Shown here in pieces: positions 49,636 to 59,099 of a DNA stretch of 64,000 bases. The DNA comes from Candidatus Cloacimonadales bacterium (GTDB lineage Bacteria > Cloacimonadota > Cloacimonadia > Cloacimonadales > JAFGVF01), in contig CAXXOU010000004.1 of the NCBI GenBank assembly GCA_963677495.2, positions 768,001 through 832,000 on the forward strand, read 5' to 3'. Positions within the stretch are counted from its first letter, which is position 1. The number at the start of each line of letters is the position of its first letter. Below the pieces are notes generated by a model. It did no database searches and had not been told where the DNA came from. It saw only the letters and a program-made list of their open reading frames with translations. The position numbers and the translations under genes are program-made.

Positions 49636-49763
49636 CAGCAGTAATTAGTGATATAAAATTGGTTTTATCCTGGTGATAAGTTGGTTAAATCTTGGCAATT
49701 AGGCCAAGAATAGGCCAAGTGTTTGCCAAGGGTTTACCAAGTGTCTACCAAGAATTACTGCTG
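49636..49763. repeat. 128-bp inverted-repeat-bounded element with five 11-bp repeats
   Basis: IR CAGCAGTAATT/AATTACTGCTG; CCAAG at 49704, 49715, 49726, 49737, 49748. Confidence 0.85.
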
Positions 49764-49990
49764 GAAGATGAAGGATAAGTGAAGGAGTGTATTCAATCTG
49801 CCTTTCAGGGAGTTTATCCGATGCGAAGCGGAAACAGAGTTCCTTAAATGCACTTCGACTTTGCACGTCGAACACGCAGGAGACGCTTTCAGCTTGTCTG
49901 CATAGCTGGGATCATAGCGACCAAAGGGAGTTGGAGCGATAGCGAAAGATGGTAATTCTTTCACCACTATAAGTCCAATGATGAAAAAAA

Positions 49991-50090
49991 GTGCCGAGTT
50001 GACAGTATCACATCACAAAATTCGCTTAATGCTGCTTCCTTCCGGACCTGACATGGTTCACGACATGCAATTGCACTGGACTCGGCAGTA
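49991..50090 (-). ncRNA. ffs: Signal recognition particle RNA (4.5S)
   Basis: Minus strand contains GAACCATGTCAGGTCCGGAAGGAAGCAGCATTAAG (domain IV); closing stem TGCCGAGT/ACTCGGCA, U-tract after, TTGACA at 50120-50115. Confidence 0.93.
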
Positions 50091-50273
50091 CCAAGATTAA
50101 TTTTCTAAAGAGGCTGTCAAGGGTAATAAACAGCTTTTAAAGAATAGTAAGGCATATTCAATATGTAAAGTTAATTATTAGAAAGCTTTTTGTTGACTTG
50201 AAAATGGGGGGTATTTACTTTGTTGCTCAGAAAAGATGTATAAATAAAAATAAACGATAAATAGAGGTAAAAA

Positions 50274-50624
50274 ATGACTCTGAGAGAACTAGTTTCGATA
50301 CTTGACGCCGAAGTATTGACTCCATCTGCTAACCTTGATGCGGAAGTACCATGTGCTTTTAGTTGCGATTTGATTAGTGATATCCTAATGTGTACACAGG
50401 AATCTACTCTTTTGCTTACCGGTCTAACTAATCCCCAGGTGATTAGGCTATCTGATATGATTGACTTAGCCGGTATCGTATTTGTTAGAGGAAAGAAACC
50501 AACAGACGAGCTCGTTGAAATGGCAAAAGAGAGAGAGTTAGCTTTGATTTCAACCCAACATTCAATGTTTATGGCAAGTGGAGTACTTTTCAATGAAGGA
50601 CTCAGAAGTTGTAAGATAAAGTAG
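50274..50624 (+). CDS. DRTGG domain protein
   Basis: AFSCDLISDIL, LLTGLTNPQVIR, IVFVRGKKP. Confidence 0.85.
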   Translation: MTLRELVSILDAEVLTPSANLDAEVPCAFSCDLISDILMCTQESTLLLTGLTNPQVIRLSDMIDLAGIVFVRGKKPTDELVEMAKERELALISTQHSMFMASGVLFNEGLRSCKIK

Positions 50625-50628
50625 AATT

Positions 50629-51123
50629 ATGGCAGAATATTTAAAAGTAAATCCCGCATATCAAGAGAGAGAGAATGAGATATTCTCTACCGATAGAACA
50701 CCGGAGATAACATTAGAATTTGATATTCTCGAACATGATTTTGTTAACTCAGGAAAGGGCTCAGCTGAACTAAAGCTGACAATTAAACGTTTAGGTGTTG
50801 ATCCTGCAATAATGCGTAAAGTCGCTGTTGCAGCGTATGAAGCTGAAATCAATATTGCTGCTCATTCCAGGGGTGGAACAATGACCAGTAATATATATCC
50901 CGACTATGTGCACATAGTTTTTGAGGATCAGGGTCCCGGTATTGAAGACTTATCCAAAGCGATGACTCCAGGTTTCTCTACTGCTATTGAATTAGTTAGA
51001 GAGATGGGTTTCGGAGCCGGATTAGGTTTGCCGAACATAGATAGAAACTCAGATATTATGAGATTGAACTCAGAAAAGAATTCCCGAACAAGATTGGACG
51101 TAGTAATATTCTTTCAAAGTTGA
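50629..51123 (+). CDS. Anti-sigma / RsbT-like Ser kinase (HATPase_c)
   Basis: YEAEIN..AH, EDQGPGI, GFSTA, GAGLGLPNI. Confidence 0.88.
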   Translation: MAEYLKVNPAYQERENEIFSTDRTPEITLEFDILEHDFVNSGKGSAELKLTIKRLGVDPAIMRKVAVAAYEAEINIAAHSRGGTMTSNIYPDYVHIVFEDQGPGIEDLSKAMTPGFSTAIELVREMGFGAGLGLPNIDRNSDIMRLNSEKNSRTRLDVVIFFQS

Positions 51124-51131
51124 AGGTAAAT

Positions 51132-52394
51132 ATGGAAGATAAAAGATACTATCACGGATTTGAGGTAGTAAGAGAAAGATGTACCGGTTGCACTGCATGT
51201 GTGCGTGTTTGTCCTACAGAGGCGATGCGCGTTAGGCATGGCAAAGTTGTTATTGATGCGAATAGATGTATTGATTGTGGAGATTGCATAACTGCCTGCA
51301 AATTCAATGCATTGGTTCCAAAACCGGATGGTCTTGAAAAATTAAAAGATTTCGATTATAGAATTGCAATTGTTACATCAGCTTTTGCAGGCCAATTCTC
51401 AGCGAATATCTCTTATAAGGAGATATTGGCAGCTGTAAAAAAACTTGGTTTTGATGAAGTGATTGAAGCTAGTATGGTTACTGATTTTATGGTGAAACTT
51501 ATTAGAGAATATGTGCGAGAAAATAAGCATATAAGACCTATCCTGTCAAGTAACTGTCCGGCTGTAGTGAGGTTGATACAGGTGAGATTCCCTTCATTAT
51601 TGCCAAACCTTCTATTGCTAGAGTCTCCTATGGGTATTCTAGCTAATTACTGTAGGGAGAAGGTTGTGAAAGAGATGAATATGGATCCTGATAAAGTAGG
51701 TATTTTTAACATAGTTCCCTGTTTAGCGGATGTAACTGCTACTCATCAACCTGAAGGCTCAAAGGAACGTTTATATGATGCTGCTTTCTCAATAACTGAT
51801 ATCTATAACGAAGTTAAACAGATTCTTAATTCAGGAGTTGAGCTTGATACTGATTTTGAAACCTATGAATCAGGTTTAGCATGGACACTTTCAGGTGTTG
51901 AAGCTGATTTAGTTGATTGTGACGATATACGAACACTCTCTGTTAATGGTATTGAGAATGTTAAAGATGTACTTTCGAAGGTTGAAGATCACTATCTTGA
52001 TCAATATGATTACATTGTTGTAAGAAACTGCAAAAATGGATGTGTTGGTGGAGCATTAAATCCGGAAAATCCATTTGTAGCAATGAGTAGGATAAAGAAG
52101 CTTTCAAAAGAAGCTGAACATCATGATATTGATGATTCCGGCTTTAGAGAACTTTATGAACAGGGTGAGTTTGCAGTTGCAGCTCTTAAACCTAGGTCTA
52201 TGATGAAACTTGATCAGGATATAAAGGCAGCACTGGCAAAGATGAGAAAGATTAATGAGATTCTTACAGAGTTACCGGGTCTTAACTGCTCTGCTTGTGG
52301 GTCTCCCAATTGTGAAAGCTTAGCTGAAGACATAGTTCAAGGTAAAGCTACAGTAGATGACTGTATAATTCTATATAAACAGACAAAGGAATAA
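51132..52394 (+). CDS. [FeFe]-hydrogenase-like protein (putative sensory type) with 2x[4Fe-4S] and C-terminal FeS domain
   Basis: CxxCxxCxxxCP and CxxCxxCxxxC, SSNCPAVV, VPC, NCKNGCVGG, LPGLNCSACGSPNC; alternative TTG start at 51120. Confidence 0.85.
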   Translation: MEDKRYYHGFEVVRERCTGCTACVRVCPTEAMRVRHGKVVIDANRCIDCGDCITACKFNALVPKPDGLEKLKDFDYRIAIVTSAFAGQFSANISYKEILAAVKKLGFDEVIEASMVTDFMVKLIREYVRENKHIRPILSSNCPAVVRLIQVRFPSLLPNLLLLESPMGILANYCREKVVKEMNMDPDKVGIFNIVPCLADVTATHQPEGSKERLYDAAFSITDIYNEVKQILNSGVELDTDFETYESGLAWTLSGVEADLVDCDDIRTLSVNGIENVKDVLSKVEDHYLDQYDYIVVRNCKNGCVGGALNPENPFVAMSRIKKLSKEAEHHDIDDSGFRELYEQGEFAVAALKPRSMMKLDQDIKAALAKMRKINEILTELPGLNCSACGSPNCESLAEDIVQGKATVDDCIILYKQTKE

Positions 52395-52397
52395 ATT

Positions 52398-52742
52398 ATG
52401 GCTATTAATGTACAAACTCTTATACAGAATATTAGAATGACAAATCTTACTCCTGATATAGATGCAGAGAAGATTGAGATTGAAAGTGGTTATGTTTCAG
52501 ACCTTCTATCTGATGTAATGGGCTCAGCTCAGGAAAACCAGATATGGATTACTATTATGCGTCACTTAAATACTATTGCTGTAGCTTCAATGACAGGTAT
52601 ACCAGTAATCGTTTTTGCAAAAGATATTATCCCTGAACAATCTGTTATTGATAAAGCTAGGGAAGAGGGAATTATTCTTCTTACAAGTCCTCTTACTGTT
52701 TTCGAACTTGCCGGGAAGATTTATACTCTAATCAATAGTTAA
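52398..52742 (+). CDS. DRTGG domain protein
   Basis: GYVSDLLSDVMG, WITIMRHLNTIAVAS. Confidence 0.85.
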   Translation: MAINVQTLIQNIRMTNLTPDIDAEKIEIESGYVSDLLSDVMGSAQENQIWITIMRHLNTIAVASMTGIPVIVFAKDIIPEQSVIDKAREEGIILLTSPLTVFELAGKIYTLINS

Positions 52743-53479
52743 TGAGATTTTTTAAAGCAGATTTGCATCTGCATACAGTCCTTTCACCCTGTGGGGGTTT
52801 GGAGATGTCTCCTATTGCATTGATTGACGCTGCTATTGAAGCAGGCTTGGAGATAATAGCTGTAACAGATCATAATACCCTTAAAAATTGTAGAGCATAT
52901 ATTGAGAAGGGTATCGAACAGGGGATCACTGTTCTGCCTGGTGTTGAGATTCAGACTGCTGAAGAGATTCACTTGATAGGATTGTTCCCCAATCTGGATG
53001 TAGCTGAACAATTTGACCAACAAATCTATGACTCATTACTTCCAATTGAGAATAATCCTGATTTCTTTGGTGATCAGGTTATTGTGGATGCGGATGAGAA
53101 CATTGTGGGAATAGAAGATAGAGCATTGATTAACTCCTCAATGTGGTCATTTGATGAGGCTGTAGAAAATGTGAGATTGAATGGTGGAGTTTGTTTCCCC
53201 GCTCATGTTGATGCTACTACATATTCGCTTCTAGGGCAGTTGGGTTTTGTGCCACCTGACCTGGAACTCATGACGTTAGGTATCAGTGCTAAGTGTAAAG
53301 TTGATCGTCTTCTTGAAAAGTATCCTTTTGTAAAGAGTTTTCAGCTAATACGCAATTCTGACTCACATTACTTGAATCAGATAAATATTGGATATAATGA
53401 ACTCTACATAGAGTCTGCTTCCTTTGATGAAGTAGCACAGGCTATTAGAAAGACTAACTCACGATATATCAAGCAATAA
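52742..53479 (+). CDS. PHP domain phosphoesterase
   Basis: DLHLHT.LSPC, AVTDHN, GVE, EEIH, PAHVD, NSDSH. Confidence 0.9.
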   Translation: MRFFKADLHLHTVLSPCGGLEMSPIALIDAAIEAGLEIIAVTDHNTLKNCRAYIEKGIEQGITVLPGVEIQTAEEIHLIGLFPNLDVAEQFDQQIYDSLLPIENNPDFFGDQVIVDADENIVGIEDRALINSSMWSFDEAVENVRLNGGVCFPAHVDATTYSLLGQLGFVPPDLELMTLGISAKCKVDRLLEKYPFVKSFQLIRNSDSHYLNQINIGYNELYIESASFDEVAQAIRKTNSRYIKQ

Positions 53480-53547
53480 TTTCAACACCATACTGATTGC
53501 AACTGTTAAAGGCCGAAGAAAAAAATGCGCTAATCACCTGTTAGCTA

Positions 53548-53575
53548 TTGACAGGAATTTGTGATTTTATATAAT
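53548..53575 (+). promoter_or_regulatory. Consensus sigma70 promoter
   Basis: TTGACA-N16-TATAAT upstream of 53622. Confidence 0.7.
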
Positions 53576-53621
53576 TGTCTAACGAAGATTACATACTTCC
53601 AATAATAAATAGGCCGAATTA

Positions 53622-54905
53622 ATGAAACTTATTAGAAACGTCTACTTGCCTAAAAGCAACAAAAAACTTAAGCCAATGAATGTGCTTTTTGATGACAAGA
53701 TTGTCAAAATCACAAATGAAGAGATTGAAGATGAACAGATTGAAGAGATCATCGATGCAGAAGGGATGTATCTACTTCCTGGTGCAATTGATGCTCAGGT
53801 TCATTTCACATCAGTCGATGGTAGTGAAAACTGTATAAAAGAGATGGGTGCTTTTGCCGTTAAAGGTGGATTCACATCAGTAATCGATTCTCCAGTTGGA
53901 GAAGACGAAGCTATCATAACATCTGAACAATATTGTGATTCAAGGGACGATTTCGACGAACTCCCTGTTAATAGGGCATTGTGGTCTAAGATTGATCCGG
54001 CAGAAGCTCCATATTATTTTGAAGATATGGAGGAGATGTGGGATAAGGGAACTATTGGATTCCAAATTTATACTTTAACAGATGCGGAAGATTTAGAGTA
54101 CTTCACTTATGAGGAGATAAATGACCTTTTCTCTGATATACCGGATAAAGAGATGGTTGTATCGATTAATGCTCTTGATTATTTAAAGCTGACATCGCTT
54201 CAAGAAAGTATGGACGAGGAGACTCTTTCTCAATACCAGATGGATTCGCTTACAAAGATTGTACGTAGATCACTGGATAATCCTATACATTTTACTAATA
54301 TGACAACTTTCAAAGCAATCAACTACTTAATCTCAGCTCAGAAGCGATTTGATATTAGCTTTGATCTGAGACCTGAATATTTTATAAAACTGCATACAGA
54401 TGGACTTGTTGGTGCTATCTTCTCTCGTTCATATCAAAAGCGTAATGAAGAACGGAACAACATGAAGGATATGTTTAAATTCTGCCGTGCTAGTATACTT
54501 GCCACACATTATGGGCTTAAAGATAAGAATATGATATATAACTCTGATTTACCTGAATCCAAAGTAAATGATTATCCATATCATATACCATTTTTGTATA
54601 CAGAATTTTTCTCAAATCCTAAAGCACAAATGAGTCAGTTTATTAATCTTACTGCCGAGAATATTGCCCGGACACTCAATATTTACCCAAGAAAGGGTAG
54701 CATCGAAAAAGGGGCAGATGCAGACTTCTATCTGCTAGATCCTAACGATAGTTATACTGTTGATGATGTAGATTCAAACTATCATGGATATGAAATGAGC
54801 TGTAGATTAACTCATACATTTGTAAGAGGTGCAAAAGTTTATTCCCATTCAGAAAATGTTAAAGTTGTAAACAATGGTCAATTCTTTGAAAGGAATGTAT
54901 TATAA
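53622..54905 (+). CDS. Dihydroorotase/allantoinase-like amidohydrolase with degenerate metal ligands
   Basis: IDAEG.YLLPGAIDAQVHF, GGFTSVID, KGSIEKGADADF, TFVRG. Confidence 0.8.
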   Translation: MKLIRNVYLPKSNKKLKPMNVLFDDKIVKITNEEIEDEQIEEIIDAEGMYLLPGAIDAQVHFTSVDGSENCIKEMGAFAVKGGFTSVIDSPVGEDEAIITSEQYCDSRDDFDELPVNRALWSKIDPAEAPYYFEDMEEMWDKGTIGFQIYTLTDAEDLEYFTYEEINDLFSDIPDKEMVVSINALDYLKLTSLQESMDEETLSQYQMDSLTKIVRRSLDNPIHFTNMTTFKAINYLISAQKRFDISFDLRPEYFIKLHTDGLVGAIFSRSYQKRNEERNNMKDMFKFCRASILATHYGLKDKNMIYNSDLPESKVNDYPYHIPFLYTEFFSNPKAQMSQFINLTAENIARTLNIYPRKGSIEKGADADFYLLDPNDSYTVDDVDSNYHGYEMSCRLTHTFVRGAKVYSHSENVKVVNNGQFFERNVL

Positions 54906-55099
54906 ATTATTGCTATTCTTGGAACTATCTTAGTTAACTATTTTTATCTTTGTTAGTAGTGTTATCTGATTATGATAATGAAATCATGATTGAGATAAGA
55001 AGTAATTTAAAATCCTTATGAAAAGCTTGACTCTTAACTATGCACAGTTAATTGTTAGCCGTTGAAGTAACAAGATTAATATAAGAATAAGGGAAAGCA

Positions 55100-56758
55100 A
55101 TGATAGCAGTATATATCGATCCTGAACTATCAAAATACAATACGCACATTAATGCTGCAGTAGAGTTTCTGCTTGATACACTTGGTTATCAATTCAGAAA
55201 CATTTATGACTTTGATAGTTTGATTATTAACGATACTTTGCTTTACTATTCTAAGAAACCTCCCTCAGATGAGTTATTCATCTCTTTTGCTTTGAAACAT
55301 CCTGTTATCATTATGCCTTTCTGTAGTGAAATCTATGAGCTTGATAAGATTAAGAAAGGAAGGATTGATTCTTATAAACAATACATTAATACCGGTACAG
55401 AAGTACCTGTATTACATAATAAGAAGATTACAGAACCAGTTACTATTATGCGAAACGAGCATGTGGTTACTGCCAGATATAATTTTGACCTAATAGCTAA
55501 TGTTATGTTTTTCCTTTCTAACAAAGAGAAAGAGCTTCGAGCAGATGAGGATGAACAGTTTGATGAAACATCAAGTTATTTCTATAAAGATTTTGACCAT
55601 GCTTTTGTTGCTGAGTATTTGAATGCATTTGAATGGGTACTTGAAAATGTCCTTAAAGCAAAAGGCTTCTACCTGCTAAAGAAAGAGCTTTGGCCCCAAT
55701 CTGAGGAATATGCTTTTGCTGTAACGCATACTGTTGATAAACTTAATAAATGGACATGGGGGAAGATTTTTCATTCTTTGCTTGATGTCTTTTTACTCTT
55801 ACTCACATTAAGAATTCCAGCTTTTTTAAGACAATTCGGAAGTATGATTTACTTCATGTTCAGAGGAGTCGAGCAATATTGGTCATTTCCGGAATACTCC
55901 AAGCTTGAGCAGGATTATAGTTTGAAATCCAGTTGGTTCTTTGCTGTTAATGAAAGTGATATAACTGATTATAACTTCCTAGATAGGGAGTTGCAAGATG
56001 CGATAATTGAATTAGCGAAGACCGGTCATGACATTGGTCTTTATTCGTTTCCGAAGCAGGAGACAATTGAGAGACTTTTCCAAAATGAGAAGCGATTAAA
56101 GATTGCCTCCGGTAAAGGATCAGGTGTAAGAAACAATAGTTATTTTACTAACTCATCATCTTTGTCAAGAGCTGATAGAGCAAACCTGATATATGATAGT
56201 TCATTCTCATTCACAAAGAAATTTGGTTTCCCCAATGGAATAGTTTATCCATATAAGCCTGTTACTTCTAAGTTCCGTTCAGAAAGTTATACATATCCTG
56301 TAAATTGTAATGACTCAGCTCTCCGAATCGATAAGTATAAGGCTATTATGTTTAAGCAAGCCAAAGTTGCGTTTAAAGAGATACTTGATGATGTTAAGAA
56401 ATATAATGGGTTGCTTTGCTTGGATTTAAAACTATCAAACTATTTCGAGACCTATTATCAAAGTAAATTCACAAACTACATAATGGAGAAGCTCAAGGAT
56501 GGTAAAGTTTTCAAGGGCACTTTAACAGAGATTAATCAATGGTGGAAATCTAGGTCAGCTGTGGTAGCGTTTGAAGAAGAATATGATTTATCGATAACCT
56601 TCCAAGAGGAGTTTAAGCACATTACATTTGCAATAATTGGTAATAAGCAGATTTCTGAGATTACAGGAGTCAATGCTAAAATTGATAAAAACAAGATTAG
56701 ATTCAGTGATGTGGTTAAAGGTTCGGAAGCATTAATAAAGTTTTCTGCAAAGAAATAA
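55100..56758 (+). CDS. Polysaccharide-deacetylase-like protein with degenerate active site
   Basis: WP....AFAVTHTVD, SSWFF, GHDIGLY, YDSS....GF.NG..YPY; lies in a glycosyltransferase operon. Confidence 0.6.
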   Translation: MIAVYIDPELSKYNTHINAAVEFLLDTLGYQFRNIYDFDSLIINDTLLYYSKKPPSDELFISFALKHPVIIMPFCSEIYELDKIKKGRIDSYKQYINTGTEVPVLHNKKITEPVTIMRNEHVVTARYNFDLIANVMFFLSNKEKELRADEDEQFDETSSYFYKDFDHAFVAEYLNAFEWVLENVLKAKGFYLLKKELWPQSEEYAFAVTHTVDKLNKWTWGKIFHSLLDVFLLLLTLRIPAFLRQFGSMIYFMFRGVEQYWSFPEYSKLEQDYSLKSSWFFAVNESDITDYNFLDRELQDAIIELAKTGHDIGLYSFPKQETIERLFQNEKRLKIASGKGSGVRNNSYFTNSSSLSRADRANLIYDSSFSFTKKFGFPNGIVYPYKPVTSKFRSESYTYPVNCNDSALRIDKYKAIMFKQAKVAFKEILDDVKKYNGLLCLDLKLSNYFETYYQSKFTNYIMEKLKDGKVFKGTLTEINQWWKSRSAVVAFEEEYDLSITFQEEFKHITFAIIGNKQISEITGVNAKIDKNKIRFSDVVKGSEALIKFSAKK

Positions 56759-56759
56759 G

Positions 56760-59099
56760 ATGAAAATAGCAATAATAACAAACTCTCACAGAATTGATGA
56801 CACACGACTGTTCTGGAAGATTGCTAGTACGTTAGCAGGAACGAATGAAGTTACTATCTTCGGTTTTAAGGGTGAAGTAGTTGAAAATACGAATGTTAGG
56901 TTTGTGAAGAAACAGGAACTGGATACTTTTGATAATCTTATAGAACTTTATCGTTGCACTAAGAAGTACAATCCAGATTTGCTTATTTGTGTTGAGCCTT
57001 TAACTTTGGTTGTTGGTAATATTTTAAAGAAAAAACTTCATTTGAAACTTGTTTACGATTGTCATGAGTTTTTCGGTGATGCATTTGCTGAACGTTTTAA
57101 AGACCCACTGAGTTTGATAATGAAACGCTTTTACCTCTCTGTTGAAAACTATATGTGTCGTAAGGTCGATTCAATATGGGTAGTTAATTCATTGTTGCGA
57201 AACAGATTCAGAAAGAAAGGGAATGTTGAAATAATCAGTAATTACCCGATCAGTGTTAATGATACAATTACCAGTGATTACAAGTATGATGTAATCTATG
57301 CAGGAGGAGTTACAGTTGAACGTGGTGTCTTTAAGCTGATAAAAGCAACTTCGATAATTAAAAAGTCTCTTCCTGAAATCAAAGTCTTAATTTTGGGAAG
57401 AGTTAAGAATGAACTTATTATTGAGTTACAAGAAAAGATATTAGCTTTGAATCTTGTAGACAATGTCAAACTACTTTCTGAAGTATCTGCCGATAAGGCT
57501 CAGGAGTATATAAGCAATTCGAAAGTTGGTATATCGCTCTTAGACCCAAACGTTAAGAGATATAAAAAGGCTCTTCCATTGAAGACACTTGAATACTTAT
57601 CCCATGGATTACAAGTAATTACAAACGATTTTGATTTTCAGAAAACGTTTCTCAAAGAATTAGGAGATAGTGTTCAATTTATTGAATATAATTCCTTAAC
57701 ATTAGCAAAAGCTATTGGAAGCGCAGTATCTAAATCACCAATAGACTTAGACGAGATTTCAAAACAAAATAAGGCGTTTGTTAATGGAAAAGCTCATTGG
57801 TCAGGTGAAGCAAAAAAGCTGAACACTTTCATAAACTCAATTAGTCTTGAAAAAGAGTTGCTTTTCTGCACATATTTCTATCCACCATTGGGTGGACCCG
57901 CGGTTCAAAGACCATGTAAAACAATCAAGTACCTAACAAAGCTTGGTTGGAAATGTGATGTTTTGACTGTAGATAAAGTTTTCTACCATTCAGAAGATAA
58001 AACTCTTCTTACTGAGTGTATGGAAAGAAATCTTTTTAGAACACCCTCATTAGATCCGATGTCAGTAACAAAAGCAATTAAGACGGAAGCTCCTACAAAA
58101 AATAGTTTTTACTTCAATGCACCTGAAAAAATGAAAGTTTTTATCAAGAAATTCTTCCCAATTGATGATAAAATCGGATGGCTGCTTCCAGCTGTAATAA
58201 AAGGTGTCAAAGAAGCCCGAAAGAATAATTATAAATATGTGATATCAACAATGGGACCATATACAACAGGTTTGATTGGTTACTATATATCCAAGATATG
58301 TAATATCCCTTTAGTAATAGATTATCGCGATCACTGGACAATAAACCCCTATGATGATAATTTAAAGATATTACGACCGCTCTCTGTTTATTGGGAAAAG
58401 AAACTTCTCAACCACTCGTATCTTGTGACAGTTATTGGAAAAGTCATGAAAGAACAGTTGTGTCAAAGATTTGGTGAAGATTTGAGCGAAAAGATAGAAG
58501 TTTTATATAATGGTTTCGATGAAAGTGATTTTACAAATTATGTACCCTCAGAGAGTTCTGAAACTGTTGTGCTTAGCTATTTAGGAAACTTCTATCGGAA
58601 TAGAACACCTAAGTATTTCTTGAAAGCCATAAATGAATTAAAAGCTGAAGGGTATGACTTTAGTCGAATAAAAGTTAATTTTGTTGGTAACTACTATAGA
58701 GAAGCTATGGAACTTCTGAAAGACAAGAGCTTATCTGATATTGTAGAAGTTATCCCTCAAGTAACCCATGATAAAGTTATTCAACATTTTGAAACAACAT
58801 CTGCTTTAATTCTATTTATTGCAAACGAAAATGGAAAGGGAGTGTTAACAGGAAAGCTGTTTGAATACTTACGATCCGGCTTACCAATCTTAGCTATGGT
58901 TCCACCGGACGGAGAAGCAGCAGAAATTCTAAAAGAGAATTATCAAGAATTCATTTGCAAAATTGATGATGTACCTATGATCAAAGAGACTTTGAAACAG
59001 TTGATAGATTCCATCCACACTAAAAGAAGGAATCTGATTCCCACCAATAAATATAGTAGAGAAACACAGATTAACGAGCTAAATAAAAGGCTAGTATAG
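56760..59099 (+). CDS. Tandem glycosyltransferase family 4 fusion
   Basis: Module 1: SH..DDTRLF, YDCHE, PLKTLEYL. Module 2: TYFYPPLGG.AVQR, DYRDHW, GKLFEYL. Confidence 0.85.
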   Translation: MKIAIITNSHRIDDTRLFWKIASTLAGTNEVTIFGFKGEVVENTNVRFVKKQELDTFDNLIELYRCTKKYNPDLLICVEPLTLVVGNILKKKLHLKLVYDCHEFFGDAFAERFKDPLSLIMKRFYLSVENYMCRKVDSIWVVNSLLRNRFRKKGNVEIISNYPISVNDTITSDYKYDVIYAGGVTVERGVFKLIKATSIIKKSLPEIKVLILGRVKNELIIELQEKILALNLVDNVKLLSEVSADKAQEYISNSKVGISLLDPNVKRYKKALPLKTLEYLSHGLQVITNDFDFQKTFLKELGDSVQFIEYNSLTLAKAIGSAVSKSPIDLDEISKQNKAFVNGKAHWSGEAKKLNTFINSISLEKELLFCTYFYPPLGGPAVQRPCKTIKYLTKLGWKCDVLTVDKVFYHSEDKTLLTECMERNLFRTPSLDPMSVTKAIKTEAPTKNSFYFNAPEKMKVFIKKFFPIDDKIGWLLPAVIKGVKEARKNNYKYVISTMGPYTTGLIGYYISKICNIPLVIDYRDHWTINPYDDNLKILRPLSVYWEKKLLNHSYLVTVIGKVMKEQLCQRFGEDLSEKIEVLYNGFDESDFTNYVPSESSETVVLSYLGNFYRNRTPKYFLKAINELKAEGYDFSRIKVNFVGNYYREAMELLKDKSLSDIVEVIPQVTHDKVIQHFETTSALILFIANENGKGVLTGKLFEYLRSGLPILAMVPPDGEAAEILKENYQEFICKIDDVPMIKETLKQLIDSIHTKRRNLIPTNKYSRETQINELNKRLV

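Noticed and set aside
49790..49975. 6S RNA or large-SRP Alu domain
   Set aside because: Only short local hairpins; no long closing stem or recognisable consensus, and it lies past the SRP U-tract. An Rfam search would settle it.
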